The position numbers and the translations under genes were made by a program. The notes under the pieces are model-generated. The model saw only the letters and a list, made by a program, of their open reading frames with translations, had not been told where the DNA came from and searched no databases. A stretch of 63,446 bases of DNA, the filler included, from Octopus bimaculoides (lineage: Eukaryota): NCBI RefSeq assembly GCF_001194135.2. It is 4 parts of 4 records of this genome, joined end to end, with 100 filler letters (N's around TTAATTAATTAA, not from the genome) between each part and the next. Parts side by side here need not be neighbours in the genome. Positions count along the whole stretch, not along the records: positions 39,404 to 63,446 come from NC_068982.1; 3 more parts are not named here. The stretch is one strand, 5' to 3'. Below, one piece after another: positions 52,556 through 63,446 of the stretch (its first letter is position 1; every line of letters starts with the position of its first letter).

Positions 52556-53043
52556 GTTAATTATGATTTTATACAACGTATTCCTCTCAGATTCACACAA
52601 TTATTGCAGTGGTCCTTCAGTTTTTCTAAGCTCTGTAAAAAAACTCGGAAGTTTGGATCTCCAGCCAAGCCTTTTGTAAAACCCTTAAAACCAGAAATTT
52701 TACAGTACCCACTTCTATGTATGGATAATATTATGTATAAGATATAATATAATATTACATGCAAGCCCTGAGAAAATTTAAAACAATATTCAAAAGTTAA
52801 GTGTCTTGGCTTCAGAAACAGTGCAATGTTAGGGATATGATGCACTGGTGACTCCTCAAATGGTTGTATGGTACCTTATAAACATAGCTATGAAAGTTCT
52901 TTGGGTTGATAAACCTTTATTAAAACTCTCAAATGATAAGAAACATTACTTTTAATTGACTGAGTCAATCTTGTTCATGTACTAAGCATAACAAGACTAA
53001 AAAGAAATGGTGGAATATCTTTTACCCTTTTACTGCAGAAATC

Positions 53044-53660
53044 AGATGTGGCTGTATGGTAAAAAAGTTGCTACCCAGCCACATGGTCCTGGGTTCAGTC
53101 CCACTGTGTGGCACCTTGGGCAGGTGTTTTCTACTACAGCTTTGGGCTGGCCAAAGCCTTGTGAGTGGATTTGATAGAGAGAAACTGCAAGAAGCCTGTC
53201 GGGTATATCTATATATATATATATATATGTTGCCAATGTCATGTAAATGGCACCCATGTTGGTAGCATGAAAAAGAAACCAGTACACTATTTGGAGTGGT
53301 TGGCATTAGGAAGGGCATCCAGCTGTAGAAACCATGCCAAATCAGACTGGAACCTGATGCAGCTCTCTGGTCTACCAGTTCTAGTCAAACCATCTAACCC
53401 ATGCTAGTATGGAAAGCAGACGTTAAATGATGATGATGATGATGATGATGTATGTGTGAATGTCTGTGTTTGTCCCACCACCATTTGACAACTGGTGTTG
53501 GTGGGTTCACGTCCCCATAACTTAGTGGTTCAACAAAAGAGACTGATAGAGTAAGTACCAGGCTGAAAATAAAATACGTTTGACTAAAATTCCTCAAGGC
53601 AGTGCCTCAGTATGGCTGCAATCCAATGAATGAAACAAGTAAAAGATAAAAGATAATAGA
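53044..53660 (+). mobile_element. SINE family A with nested RTE tail
   Basis: Head, RTE tail and second half are collinear. Confidence 0.8.
53225..53450 (+). mobile_element. RTE 3' end nested in the internal microsatellite of a SINE
   Basis: RTE tail lies between the head (53044-53200) and second half (53455-53660) of a family-A SINE. Confidence 0.75.
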
Positions 53661-54119
53661 TAAAACTTCTCAGAATTTCATTATTCTTAGCAGTTTTATA
53701 TACCAAATTAGCTTTTGTTGAGGAATGTCATGTTTGAAGCTATTTTCTGTTGAAATATGTGAAATTTATTGAGGCAACCTGTCTTGCAGAAAATACCAAT
53801 TCTATTTTTTTGGTAGATGTTTAACATCATTACTGGAATAAACATGAAATTTGATTTTGCAGTGAAATGGTTAAAGTGATTCTGAAGTTAATTCTTATAG
53901 AATTTTCTTCAACAAAGAAGTTTGCACATAGGTATTCAGCCTGCTAAAAATAATAGTCAGATTAGTTCGAACTGTATTCTATCATCTTAAAAAAAAAAGG
54001 GAAGGAAGGACACATATATTTAGTCCAAGATGCAATGTCTGTAAATAAGATAGATGAGATGATTATGACTAGAATACTTTTGATTATAGGTCTATCTGAA
54101 CAAGGGTAAACTGGAGTTA

Positions 54120-54157
<38 letters not shown>

Positions 54158-55601
54158 AAACAACAACAACAATGACAACAACAATAACAACAACAATGCT
54201 GCAATTTATGAAATTCTTGCAAGATTAAAAATCAGGGCCATCATGCAAAAAATATTACCCTATGTACTCCAGGTCGATCTAACCAACTCTGTCGTAGGCA
54301 AAAAAAAAAAAGAAAAGACTTTAAGCATTGACGATAATGAGGTAGGGAGTATAAAAGATGTGATGATAAAGATGATGGTAATGATGATGATGATGATGAT
54401 GATGACAACGACAGTGATGACAATGACACAGCTAACACTGTCACCGACGTAAATATTGATACTACTTCTGATTTTGACATTTATCAATGCCACGATATTA
54501 CAAATCTTCCATTCAGACTGTTTCTCTTAAAAGAACACAAGAAAAAACAAATGGAAATAAAATTTTTGTTGCCAAAAATATTCACTAACTTTCAACATTT
54601 TGGCATTATTTTGTTTTCAAAGACACATCAAATATTCCAAAGGTAATGTAATTTGTTTCATGTTTTTCCATCCGGGTATCCATCCATTTTCACCTGGGAG
54701 GGTTGTTTGGGTAGAGTCTTCAGACACCTCTTCCTGTCAGAAACAACTGTCCTTACTTGCAGGTACTAATGTAGCTAGAGTGTGTGCCACCCGGGGTGGC
54801 CCTTCCATTTGCCACCCCTGGACCCTTCAAAAAATACATGTTATCTACAGCAATAGCCTACAAAAGGATGAAAAGTGCCGGCCCTTTGAAAGTGCTACTT
54901 TGGGTGGACTGCCCCTACCTGCAAGCTACACAAGTAGCTTGCAGGATACCCAGGCACGACCAACTGTGACAATGGGTATTATCTAACCATCTCACTTGTG
55001 GTTTATTTCTGGCTTTCCTGTTGGTTGGCTCAGCTTGAAAGATCTGTCTTGTGAATCTTTTCTGTGGCATTCTACCCTATGTCTGTAGAATTGGAGCTGT
55101 GACTGCTTAACATGAAGTTGCAAATTAGCTTAGAAAGACCCCTGATCCTCGATCTAAGCACACTTCCTTTAGAGGAAACACATTTCTACAATTTGTATTC
55201 ATGATTATATTCTTTTGGCCATTGCACAACATTCATGACCATAGATGAGGACAGGCATGGAATTGAATTGAAGATAGCTGAAGTTAGTGCTTTACTGTTT
55301 GATGTATTTTTAATATTTTTTATTGTAGTCTTTTTTTTTTGCTTTTTAGTCAGAAAGGGAGCCAGTATCTTTACAGAGCCTCCAAGTCATTTGGGAAGGA
55401 TATATATTAGCAGCACAGGAAGTATTAATACCAAGGGGTAATATTTATTCCCACTTAAACATGAATGTTCTATCAGAACAAACTATATTTCAGAAGTTAC
55501 CATGGGAGAAACTTGCATATTGGCGTTTTGGTGCAAAATGCATTGGAGTAGCTTTTGAATGATGCCACCCCATTAGGTAGACAGGCAGGCCAACATTTCC
55601 C

Positions 55602-55825
55602 TTAGCTCTTTGGCATTCAGATTACTCTATCAAATGTAATGCTTGTTTATTCACATGAATTAATCATGCATTATCTATAACAGCTTTGAGATTTTGATGA
55701 TGTCACTGTTTATATTTAGAAGGGCATTGTAGGGTAGGTATGAGAGACAAGATCTGACTGGTTCCAACATAAAAGAGGTAAAATATTTGGGCCAGATATG
55801 GCCTGTTTAAATGCTAAAGGATTAA
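55602..55825. mobile_element. piggyBac-like MITE
   Basis: Ends ttagctctttggcatt / aatgctaaaggattaa (consensus TTAACCCTTTAGCATT); related internal sequence at 25310-25490. Confidence 0.6.
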
Positions 55826-56764
55826 ACAGAAAGCCAGTTCATCACTGGGTTACCCATTTACAGTTTAAGAACATAATGCACTGCCTATCTGGAAATTGAA
55901 ACCATGATTTTGCAATCTTGAATGCAATGCTCTAACCACTAGGCCATGCATCTTCACATAATTTATCCAAGTGACAAAATTCAGTCATCAACTAATCTGC
56001 TTTTTATTTTCTTTCATTTAAAAAAAGAAAATCGTACTTATAGTTCTGAATTAATTACTAACAGGAAGTTGAGTCTAAAATAAGATTTTCTATTCAGGAA
56101 TCTGATACCTTATTAATAACATTACTGCTGAGATACCTTTTGTCTGTGAGGAAACTAAATATGATTTTTTCAAATGTAGCTAAGATGTCTTACAGAATTA
56201 ATTACAAGATGCCTATGTCTTTTATTTTTTGTTTTCTTTGTAAATTCTTTAGTTTATGATTTTTTTTCTTTGTTCAATGGCATATCTTAGTTTGATATTG
56301 CCATTATATGAGATTAATTTCTCCTTAGAGAGATTTTCAACTATTTTCTGACAAAGTTGATTACCATATTTCATTGCATACAAGTGCACACATTTTCCAT
56401 AAATATGTTTCGAAAAATTTCCCTGGATCCTATATGTAAAGTTGGGTTCATATTGCATATTTTTCTGTGCTAAAAAAAACAACATATTTTCTTGAAATTG
56501 CACAGGCATGGCTATGTGGTAAGAGGTTTGATTTCTAAGCACATGGTTCCAAGTTCATTCTCATTGCATGGTATTTTATCTTGAGCTCTGAGTTGACCAA
56601 AGCCTTGTGAGTAGATTTGGTTGATGGAAACTGAAAAAAGTATGTAGTATGTATATGTGTGTGTGTGTGTGTGTGTGTGCATGTGTGTATATGTGTATGT
56701 GTGTGTGTGTGTGTGTGTGTGTATACATATACATACATATCTATATATATATGTATGTATGTAT

Positions 56765-56846
<82 letters not shown>

Positions 56847-56906
56847 GCATGCATCCATCCATCCATACATACATGCATGCATACATACATACATACATAC
56901 ATACAT

Positions 56907-57160
56907 AGTGGAGGCATATGGCTTAGTGGTAAGAGTGCTGGACTCATGATTGTAAGATTGTGGTTTCAATTCCTGGACTGGGTAATGTGCTGTGTTCTTG
57001 AGCAGAACACTTCATTTCACATTGCTCCAGTCCACTCAGCTGGCAAAAATGAGTAATCCTGTGATGGACTGGTGTCCCATCCATGTGGGGAATTTATTTG
57101 CCATGAAGCCAGGAAACTGGCCCTCGTGAGTCGATATGACATGAGAAGGTAACTTTTCAT
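56907..57160 (+). mobile_element. tRNA-derived SINE with V/Meta-like domain
   Basis: tggcttagtggtaag A box; gttcttgagcagaacac motif. Confidence 0.7.
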
Positions 57161-57384
57161 CTTTTTTTTTTACATACAATATGCTTTTTTTGGTTTCTAT
57201 TGAATAAATCCCCTCACACGGCTTTGGTTGGTAGAGCTATAATAAAAGACACTTGCCCACCCAAGATACTATGCAATGGGACTGAACCTAAAACCATGCA
57301 CTTGGGAGCAAGCTTCTCATCCATGCAGTCTGACTGAAATAAGTCCTGGAGTTGATATGAGGGTGGTGCTCCAGCATAGCCACA

Positions 57385-57600
57385 TCATCATCATCATCAT
57401 CATCCTCATCATCATCATTGTTTAATGTCTAGTTTCCATGCTGGCATGGGTTGGATGGTTTGACCAGGGCTGGCAAGCAGGAGAGCTGCATCAGGTTACA
57501 GTCTGATTTGACTTGGTTTCTACAGCTGGATGGCCTTCCTAATGCCAACCACTTTACAAAGTGGGCTGGGTGCTTTTTACTTGGCATCGGCACAGTCATA
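57385..57600 (-). mobile_element. RTE 3' end
   Basis: (CAT)n followed by the reverse complement of the RTE tail. Confidence 0.75.
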
Positions 57601-57649
57601 TGACTTAAATCACAAAAAAAATTTTTTAAAGGAAACGAATACCATAGAA

Positions 57650-58143
57650 TGTTGTTGTTGTTGGCACTCTGTCGCTTACGACGTCGAGGATTCCAGTTGA
57701 TCTGATCAACGGAACAGCCTGCTCGTGAAATTAAAGTGCAAGTGGATGAGCACTCCACAGACATGTGTACCCTTAACGTAGTTCTCGGGGATATTCAGCG
57801 TGACACAGTGTGACAAGGCTGGCCCCTTTGAAAATACAGGTACAACAGAAACAGGAAGAAAGNNNNNNNNNNCTTAACGTAGTTCTCGGGGATATTCAGC
57901 GTGACACAGTGTGACAAGGCTGGCCCCTTTGAAAATACAGGTACAACAGAAACAGGAAGAAAGAGTGAGAGAAAGTTGTGGTGAAAGAGTACGGCAGGGT
58001 TCGCCACCATCCCCTGCCGGAGTCTCGTGGAACTTTAGGTGTTTTCGCTCAATAAACGCTCACAACGCCTGGTCTGGGAATCAAAATCGCGATCTTATGA
58101 CTGCGAATCCGCTGCCCTAACCACTGGGCCATTGCGCCTCCAC
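57650..58143 (-). mobile_element. tRNA-derived SINE family G with (AAC)n tail
   Basis: Head tggaggcgcaatggcccagtggttaggg; body homologous to 7998-8290. Includes a ~90-bp duplication around the small gap. Confidence 0.85.
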
Positions 58144-59124
58144 CATAGAATGTATGGTGTGTTAAATGATTTTCTTGTACACTTATTGCTGAATGTAGAC
58201 CACTGCAGGATTAGTTTTAAGATATTTACTTATATAAACTATCTGGCTTATTAATAGTATTAAGAGTTGATTAAGAGAACAAATATGGTTCCAACAATAC
58301 TGAAGTTGATTGAAATCATTGTCTTTCTGTTGAATGATTTCTCATGGGGTTATAACCCCAGAATTAATTTAGAGCAAGGCTAATTATATATTTTTATATA
58401 GAATTAGTAACATCAGCATACACTTGAAGTCTTTTAAGTCATTCCTTATGTTAAGATTGTCTTTTGTTCATGGATCTGTTCAAGGTCAGTTTTTTTTATA
58501 ATACTGTCTTAAGTTTCTCTTATTTGAATTTAGCTTTGAATGAAATCACGATTTAATAATTGGAGATTCAAATTGATTATTTCAAATTTATAACTTTTTT
58601 CCTTATCCATTGTTGTTAGAAAAATCTCTATTTTTAGAAATGTTTGCCGTTGTGGATGATGATGATGAGATTAAAATTTGATAATAGTAATATTTAGATG
58701 CAAATAACAGGAAATAACTACTTATAGTTGAGGGATTTAATAGAAACAAGTATTTTTCATTGAGATAAAATCGTCCAGTTAGTTATCTTCATTTGCTGTA
58801 TAACAATTCATCTCTGCAAGTTTGTAGTAAAGAGAAATTTTACATTGGTGAATACAACTTATTAGATGCTAAATATGCTTTGGTTAAGAACTGTGTAGTT
58901 GTAATACTGTATTTTCCAGCATACAAGTTGATGTATATAATGTAAACATCTAGTATAAACACTAAAACCTCATCACTATCTTTAAAAATCTTGCAGCATT
59001 TCCCAAGGAATTTTTTTGTCTCCAAACTTGTCTTAGTGTATAAGTTGAGCTACTTTTTTTGGTTGTAAACCTTGGTCTGAAAAATTAAACTTATGCTGGA
59101 AAATATGGTTTGTACATCAATTTC

Positions 59125-59391
59125 TTCATATTAGGAGTTAATTATCTTTTGGTGAACACATGGGAATTTTCTAAAATCTACAATAATGGTTTGATTATGT
59201 TTTGCTATGGAGATCCAATAAGATTGAAACATGTCAAAAGTTATCCCCATACTACTAAAGATTCTGCAAAGCATTCCATATTTTTGACCAGATTTAATCA
59301 TTTAGAAAATCCATGTTCTCATCAATAAGGAACATTCAAGAAAATCTAATTCCCATGTGTTCACCAAAAGGTAATTAACTCCCAATATGAA
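59125..59391. mobile_element. MITE with ~45-bp terminal inverted repeats
   Basis: ttcatattaggagttaattatcttttggtgaacacatgggaatt mirrors aattcccatgtgttcaccaaaaggtaattaactcccaatatgaa. Confidence 0.7.
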
Positions 59392-59619
59392 ATTTATAAG
59401 TTCTGTGAGTGTATTGCCAAAAATTAGATTCATTTTACATCGCATTTCATATATAATTAATTTTAACTAATTACAATACTGGGGTTGTCTTACCTTATTG
59501 TTATTATTATTTTTTTTTTTATCTGAGTTAGTCATTTAGAAAAGGATTTTTTTCGTCACAGAGAGTATCATTTTAATTCTTTCCAATTTTAGCTCAATGT
59601 CAGTAATTTTGAGGGAAGG

Positions 59620-60480
59620 GAAAACTGGAGTAAGAAAAAGACATCTGGAGAAAAGAACTGTATAGTCAGCATCTCAGATAAATGCAGGATGTCACAAAAG
59701 ATGAGCCTTGGTTATTGCTGTAGAACTGGGGAATGGAGAACTCAAGAAGTAAATGGAAGGACTCATAATGGTTGTTCAAAGCCAGTCATTGCAGTCAAAT
59801 ATCATAAAGCAAAAATAGACAGAACTGCGAAAAGTTCAAAGTGCAGAATATGTAATGAGACAGAGGAATTTATCTGCACATAATTAGTTCATGTAATCCT
59901 TTGGCACAGAAGGAATATAGACACAGACATGATTGTGTGGTCAAGGCACTACACTAGGACATATTATAGCAAAGAGGATTTGAAATAAGAAGAAAATGGT
60001 ACTAACATCAACCAGAGAATATGATAGAGACCGATCAATTTAAGGTCTTATGAGATTTTACTGCACAGAATGGTCAGAAGATTCAAGCAAGGTGACCAGA
60101 TATTATCATTCTGGACAAAGGGAAAAAAAGAGTGCATCATCATAGATGTGGTTATATCTGCAGACATGAATGTAGCGGTCAAAAACCAGAGAAAATAGTA
60201 AAATGTTAGTATTTGGTTAGGGAAATACAGAAACTGTGGAGGGTTTCTACAGAAGTAATCCCAGTTGTTATAGGTGTCCTAGGTACCATCACCAACAGAC
60301 TTAGCAGTTTCTTTATTGAGATTGGTGTAATTATGAGAGTTGTATTAATTCAGAAATTTTCTCTATTGGGAACAGCAAGGATTGTAAGAAAGCTTTTTGA
60401 TACTGTCACTGGTTGTGACCTAATATCAAGGACATTGATTCGAATGTAAAACATTCATGCACACCATGAATAATAATAAT
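59620..60480 (+). mobile_element. R4/Dong-clade non-LTR retrotransposon 3' part (CCHC zinc knuckle and restriction-like endonuclease), decayed
   Basis: SKCRICNE..HIISSC..LAQKEYRHRHD, PDIIILDK, IIIDV, VREIQKLW, VIPVVIGVLG, LLGTARIVRK, then a short 3' UTR and (AAT)n tail. Confidence 0.9.
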
Positions 60481-60487
60481 GATGATA

Positions 60488-61032
60488 ATGCAGTACCAGG
60501 CAGTGGCTCTCATGGCTTCTGATCTTAATTGACTGGAAGTGTTATCGTGTACATTGTTTTGTCTTGGTATGAAAAGACGGGCTACAGCAAATATTCTGCT
60601 CAGTACCATAGATTTGCTTGTCAGTTGTTTGACCTTAACCAGTTGAGCATGTCCCTTAGTAGCTGATGATATGTGTATCTCTGATCATGAAGTAGTGGAG
60701 GGAACATCATAGCCATGTGTTGAGAGGAATTCTTTGGGGGTTTGAATGATTCACCTCTGGAAACATGGGTGTTTCGTTCAACATCCTTAAACAACCCTTA
60801 TTCAGGGACTTTTGAGCAGGATGGGTTATTTGACCTAAAGAAAATTCTAACAGGGCCCCACCTGCAAGGTCATGTGCTGTTTATCATGATATGAGATTAC
60901 CATGTTGTGCATGTATGGTTGTGATGCATGTACCTGGTGTACCCTTATCAGACAGGTAGTCATGATGGGTATACTGGGCTTCGTATTTTTTACCCCAGTG
61001 CCATTTTGATGTCATGCACTGCTCTCTCACGC
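60488..61032. mobile_element. ~545-bp (AAT)n-flanked element, copy 2
   Basis: Homologous to 6520-7074, with many CpG to TpG/CpA changes. Confidence 0.85.
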
Positions 61033-62121
61033 AATAATAATAATAATAATAATAATAATCATAATCTTTTCTACAATAGGCACAAGGCCAGAAATCTGTG
61101 GGGAGGAGACTTGTTGAATGCACTGACCCCAGTGTTTCACTAGTACTTGATTTATTGACCCTGAAAGGACGAAAGACAAAGTTGACCTCGGCAGAATTTG
61201 AACTCAGAATGTAGCGATCAGTGAAATATCACTAAGCATTCCGTTCAGTGTGCTAATGATTCTGCTAGCTCACTGCCTTAATAATAATAATAACAATAAT
61301 AATAATGTCTTTCTAATTTTAGCACAAGGCCAGCAATTTTAATTGCTCAACTGACACTTATTTTATAGATACAAAATTATGAAAGCAAAGTCTGTCTCAG
61401 TGGAATTTGATCTCAAAATGTAAAGAGTTAGAGGAAATGCTACTAAAAATTTTATCCAGAGTAACATTGGTTCTGCCAGCTCACTGCTTTCCATTTCACA
61501 TGTAATTTTAAAGAATAAAAAATTTCTTGACTAACTACATCAATTCTACTAGTGGCCACTTTACTATTAAGTTCTTATGCAGCAGGTGACCCTGAGCATA
61601 TTTTCCCAGTCATTGTCGTAATGATAAAGTGTCCACATTCTATCAGGAGTGAAAAGATAAATGTTAAAAATGAATTAGTTCTTTTTGTCAATAATTTTGT
61701 TGACTGCTTGGCAAGTATACCAAGTTGAAAGGGTCATTGCCACTGCTTGTTTTGGCATGTAAAATATCACAAAATATCAGGAATGTCAGCTTAACATGAC
61801 ATAGTGTCAAATACTGAAATGGTTGAAGTAAGTTCAATCTATACCTGTGCTTGTGATTTGAAATAACTCCCTTTTCAGTTATAATATATTTATTAAAGAT
61901 GTTTAAGTGACTGCATAGTATAGTTAAAGCAGTATCTCTTTGACTATCAAGAATAACTGTTTAACTTAATATAGAATCAAATGCTGAAACAGCAGAGGTT
62001 CAATCCCTGCTTGTGAATGAGATTTGAATTAGTTTGTTTTTGAGTTCTGATGTAGTAATTAAAGGTATCAAAGTGACTCAAGAGTTGAAGCCCTGGTTCT
62101 TTGATCATCATGAATATCATA

Positions 62122-62526
62122 GGCATTGGAGTGGCTGTGTGGTAAGTAACTTGCTTACGAACCACATGGTTCCGGGTTCAGTCCCACTGCGTGGCACCTT
62201 GAGCAAGTGTCTTCTACTATAGACTCGGACCGACCGAAGCCTTGTGAGTGGATTTGGTAGACGGAAACTGAAAGAAGCCCATCATATGTATGTATATATA
62301 TATATATGTGTGTGTGTGTGTATATGCTTGTGTGTCTGTGTTTGTTCCCCACAACATTGCTTGACAACCGATACTGGTGTGTTTACGTCCTCGTAACTTA
62401 GCGGTTCAGCAAAAGACACCGATAGAATAAGTACTAGGCTTACAAAGAATAAGTCCTGGGGTCTATTTGCTCGACTAAAGGTGGTGCTCCAGCATGGCCA
62501 CAGTCAAATGACTGAAACAAGTAAAA
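62122..62526 (+). mobile_element. SINE family A
   Basis: Full bipartite structure. Confidence 0.9.
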
Positions 62527-62857
62527 GTCGACCTCAGTGGAATTTGAACTCAGAACATAAAGATGGCCAAAATGTCACAAAGCATTTTACCCAGCATGCT
62601 AGAAATTCTGTCAGTTTACCACCTTCGTGTTTGTTTTGATATTAAGAATATATAATTCTTAGTGGTGAAAATAAAGTTCTTAAAGCAGATAATGAAATTT
62701 GTAGTCTAGCTTTGGTCCAATGGTAGAATATCTGTTACACCTACAGGACATGTGAGTTCATATCCTACAGGCAGCCTTCAACTTCCTTTTTTTTAACTAA
62801 ATATAGTATTAACCTCCTTAGTCTTTCTCTCTGAGGAAGGACAAGTGTCTGTACACA

Positions 62858-63008
62858 GGCATGGGCAACTTTTTTTGAGAAGTGGCCCCCCCCGTATAAG
62901 TTACGACTCATCAGTTGGCAGGCTGCACTGCTAAAAAAGAATTCAAGGTAATTTTTCATTGGTATGCTTTTCAGAAAGTCCTGCAGGCTGCAGTTTGTTC
63001 ATATGACT
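62858..63008. mobile_element. Possible hAT-like MITE
   Basis: caggcatgggcaac ... gcaggctgcagtttgttcatatg resembles decayed hAT-Charlie-type ends. Confidence 0.35.
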
Positions 63009-63446
63009 TTCTGCTCTCCACAATGATTCTTTTGATTTCTGTTGAACTTTTAAGAAGATGATGACGGTGATAATGATGATTATGATGATGGTTACTATGT
63101 TGATAATTATGATTATGACAATGATAAATATAATGTTGCTTGTGATGATGACAGACCGTTTGGATCTTTTTTAAAACGGGGGCCACATTTTTCATTAATG
63201 TTTTACGTAGTGTTTTTGGTACCGAAAGACTTTCAAACTTCGTATACTTATCTATTTTGTGTTATAGAACAGAAAAATATTTTTGTATTCGAATTTATTT
63301 CATGTAAAAAATTGTCTTATTTCGATAATTTCAGCCAATCACTGACGTCCATTCAGTCGATATACATTAAGTGCCGACTACATAAACAAACGATTCTTCG
63401 TTTTATTTGCTTTTTTCATTTTAAATTTGCTTTAACCCTAACCCTA

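Noticed and set aside
57770-57965. ~90-bp tandem duplication inside the family-G SINE
   Set aside because: The copies flank a 10-N gap, so this is most likely unmerged overlapping contig ends.
63433-63446. taaccctaacccta at the window end, suggesting a telomere
   Set aside because: Only two units, and the preceding 300 bp look like an interspersed repeat; short CCCTAA runs are common inside such elements.

Overview
This is AT-rich, microsatellite-laden animal genomic DNA from a gappy draft scaffold. The repeat families look like those of an octopus or other coleoid cephalopod (inference, not a search result). Almost all ORFs in the supplied track are artefacts of N-gaps and simple repeats. 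The only host gene I can support is the last four coding exons of a HECT E3 ubiquitin ligase matching HECTD2 (+ strand, 29517-32766, GT-AG introns, catalytic HTCFN cysteine, ending EGFGLE*). The rest is transposon debris: at least four tRNA-derived SINE families, RTE LINE 3' ends, R4/Dong-type RLE LINE fragments, four mariner relics, MITEs and several Penelope-like element (PLE) fragments (two kinds of GIY-YIG domain and Naiad-type RT). The most unusual signal is a set of hammerhead-ribozyme (HHR) motifs in several unrelated small repeats: a near-intact type I pair with a compensatory base change, a tRNA-headed SINE ending in an HHR-like tail with a 5' fold-back, and a motif whose three HHR strands occur in a non-canonical order. 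There is also a sharp CpG-depletion boundary at the ~23.2 kb gap.
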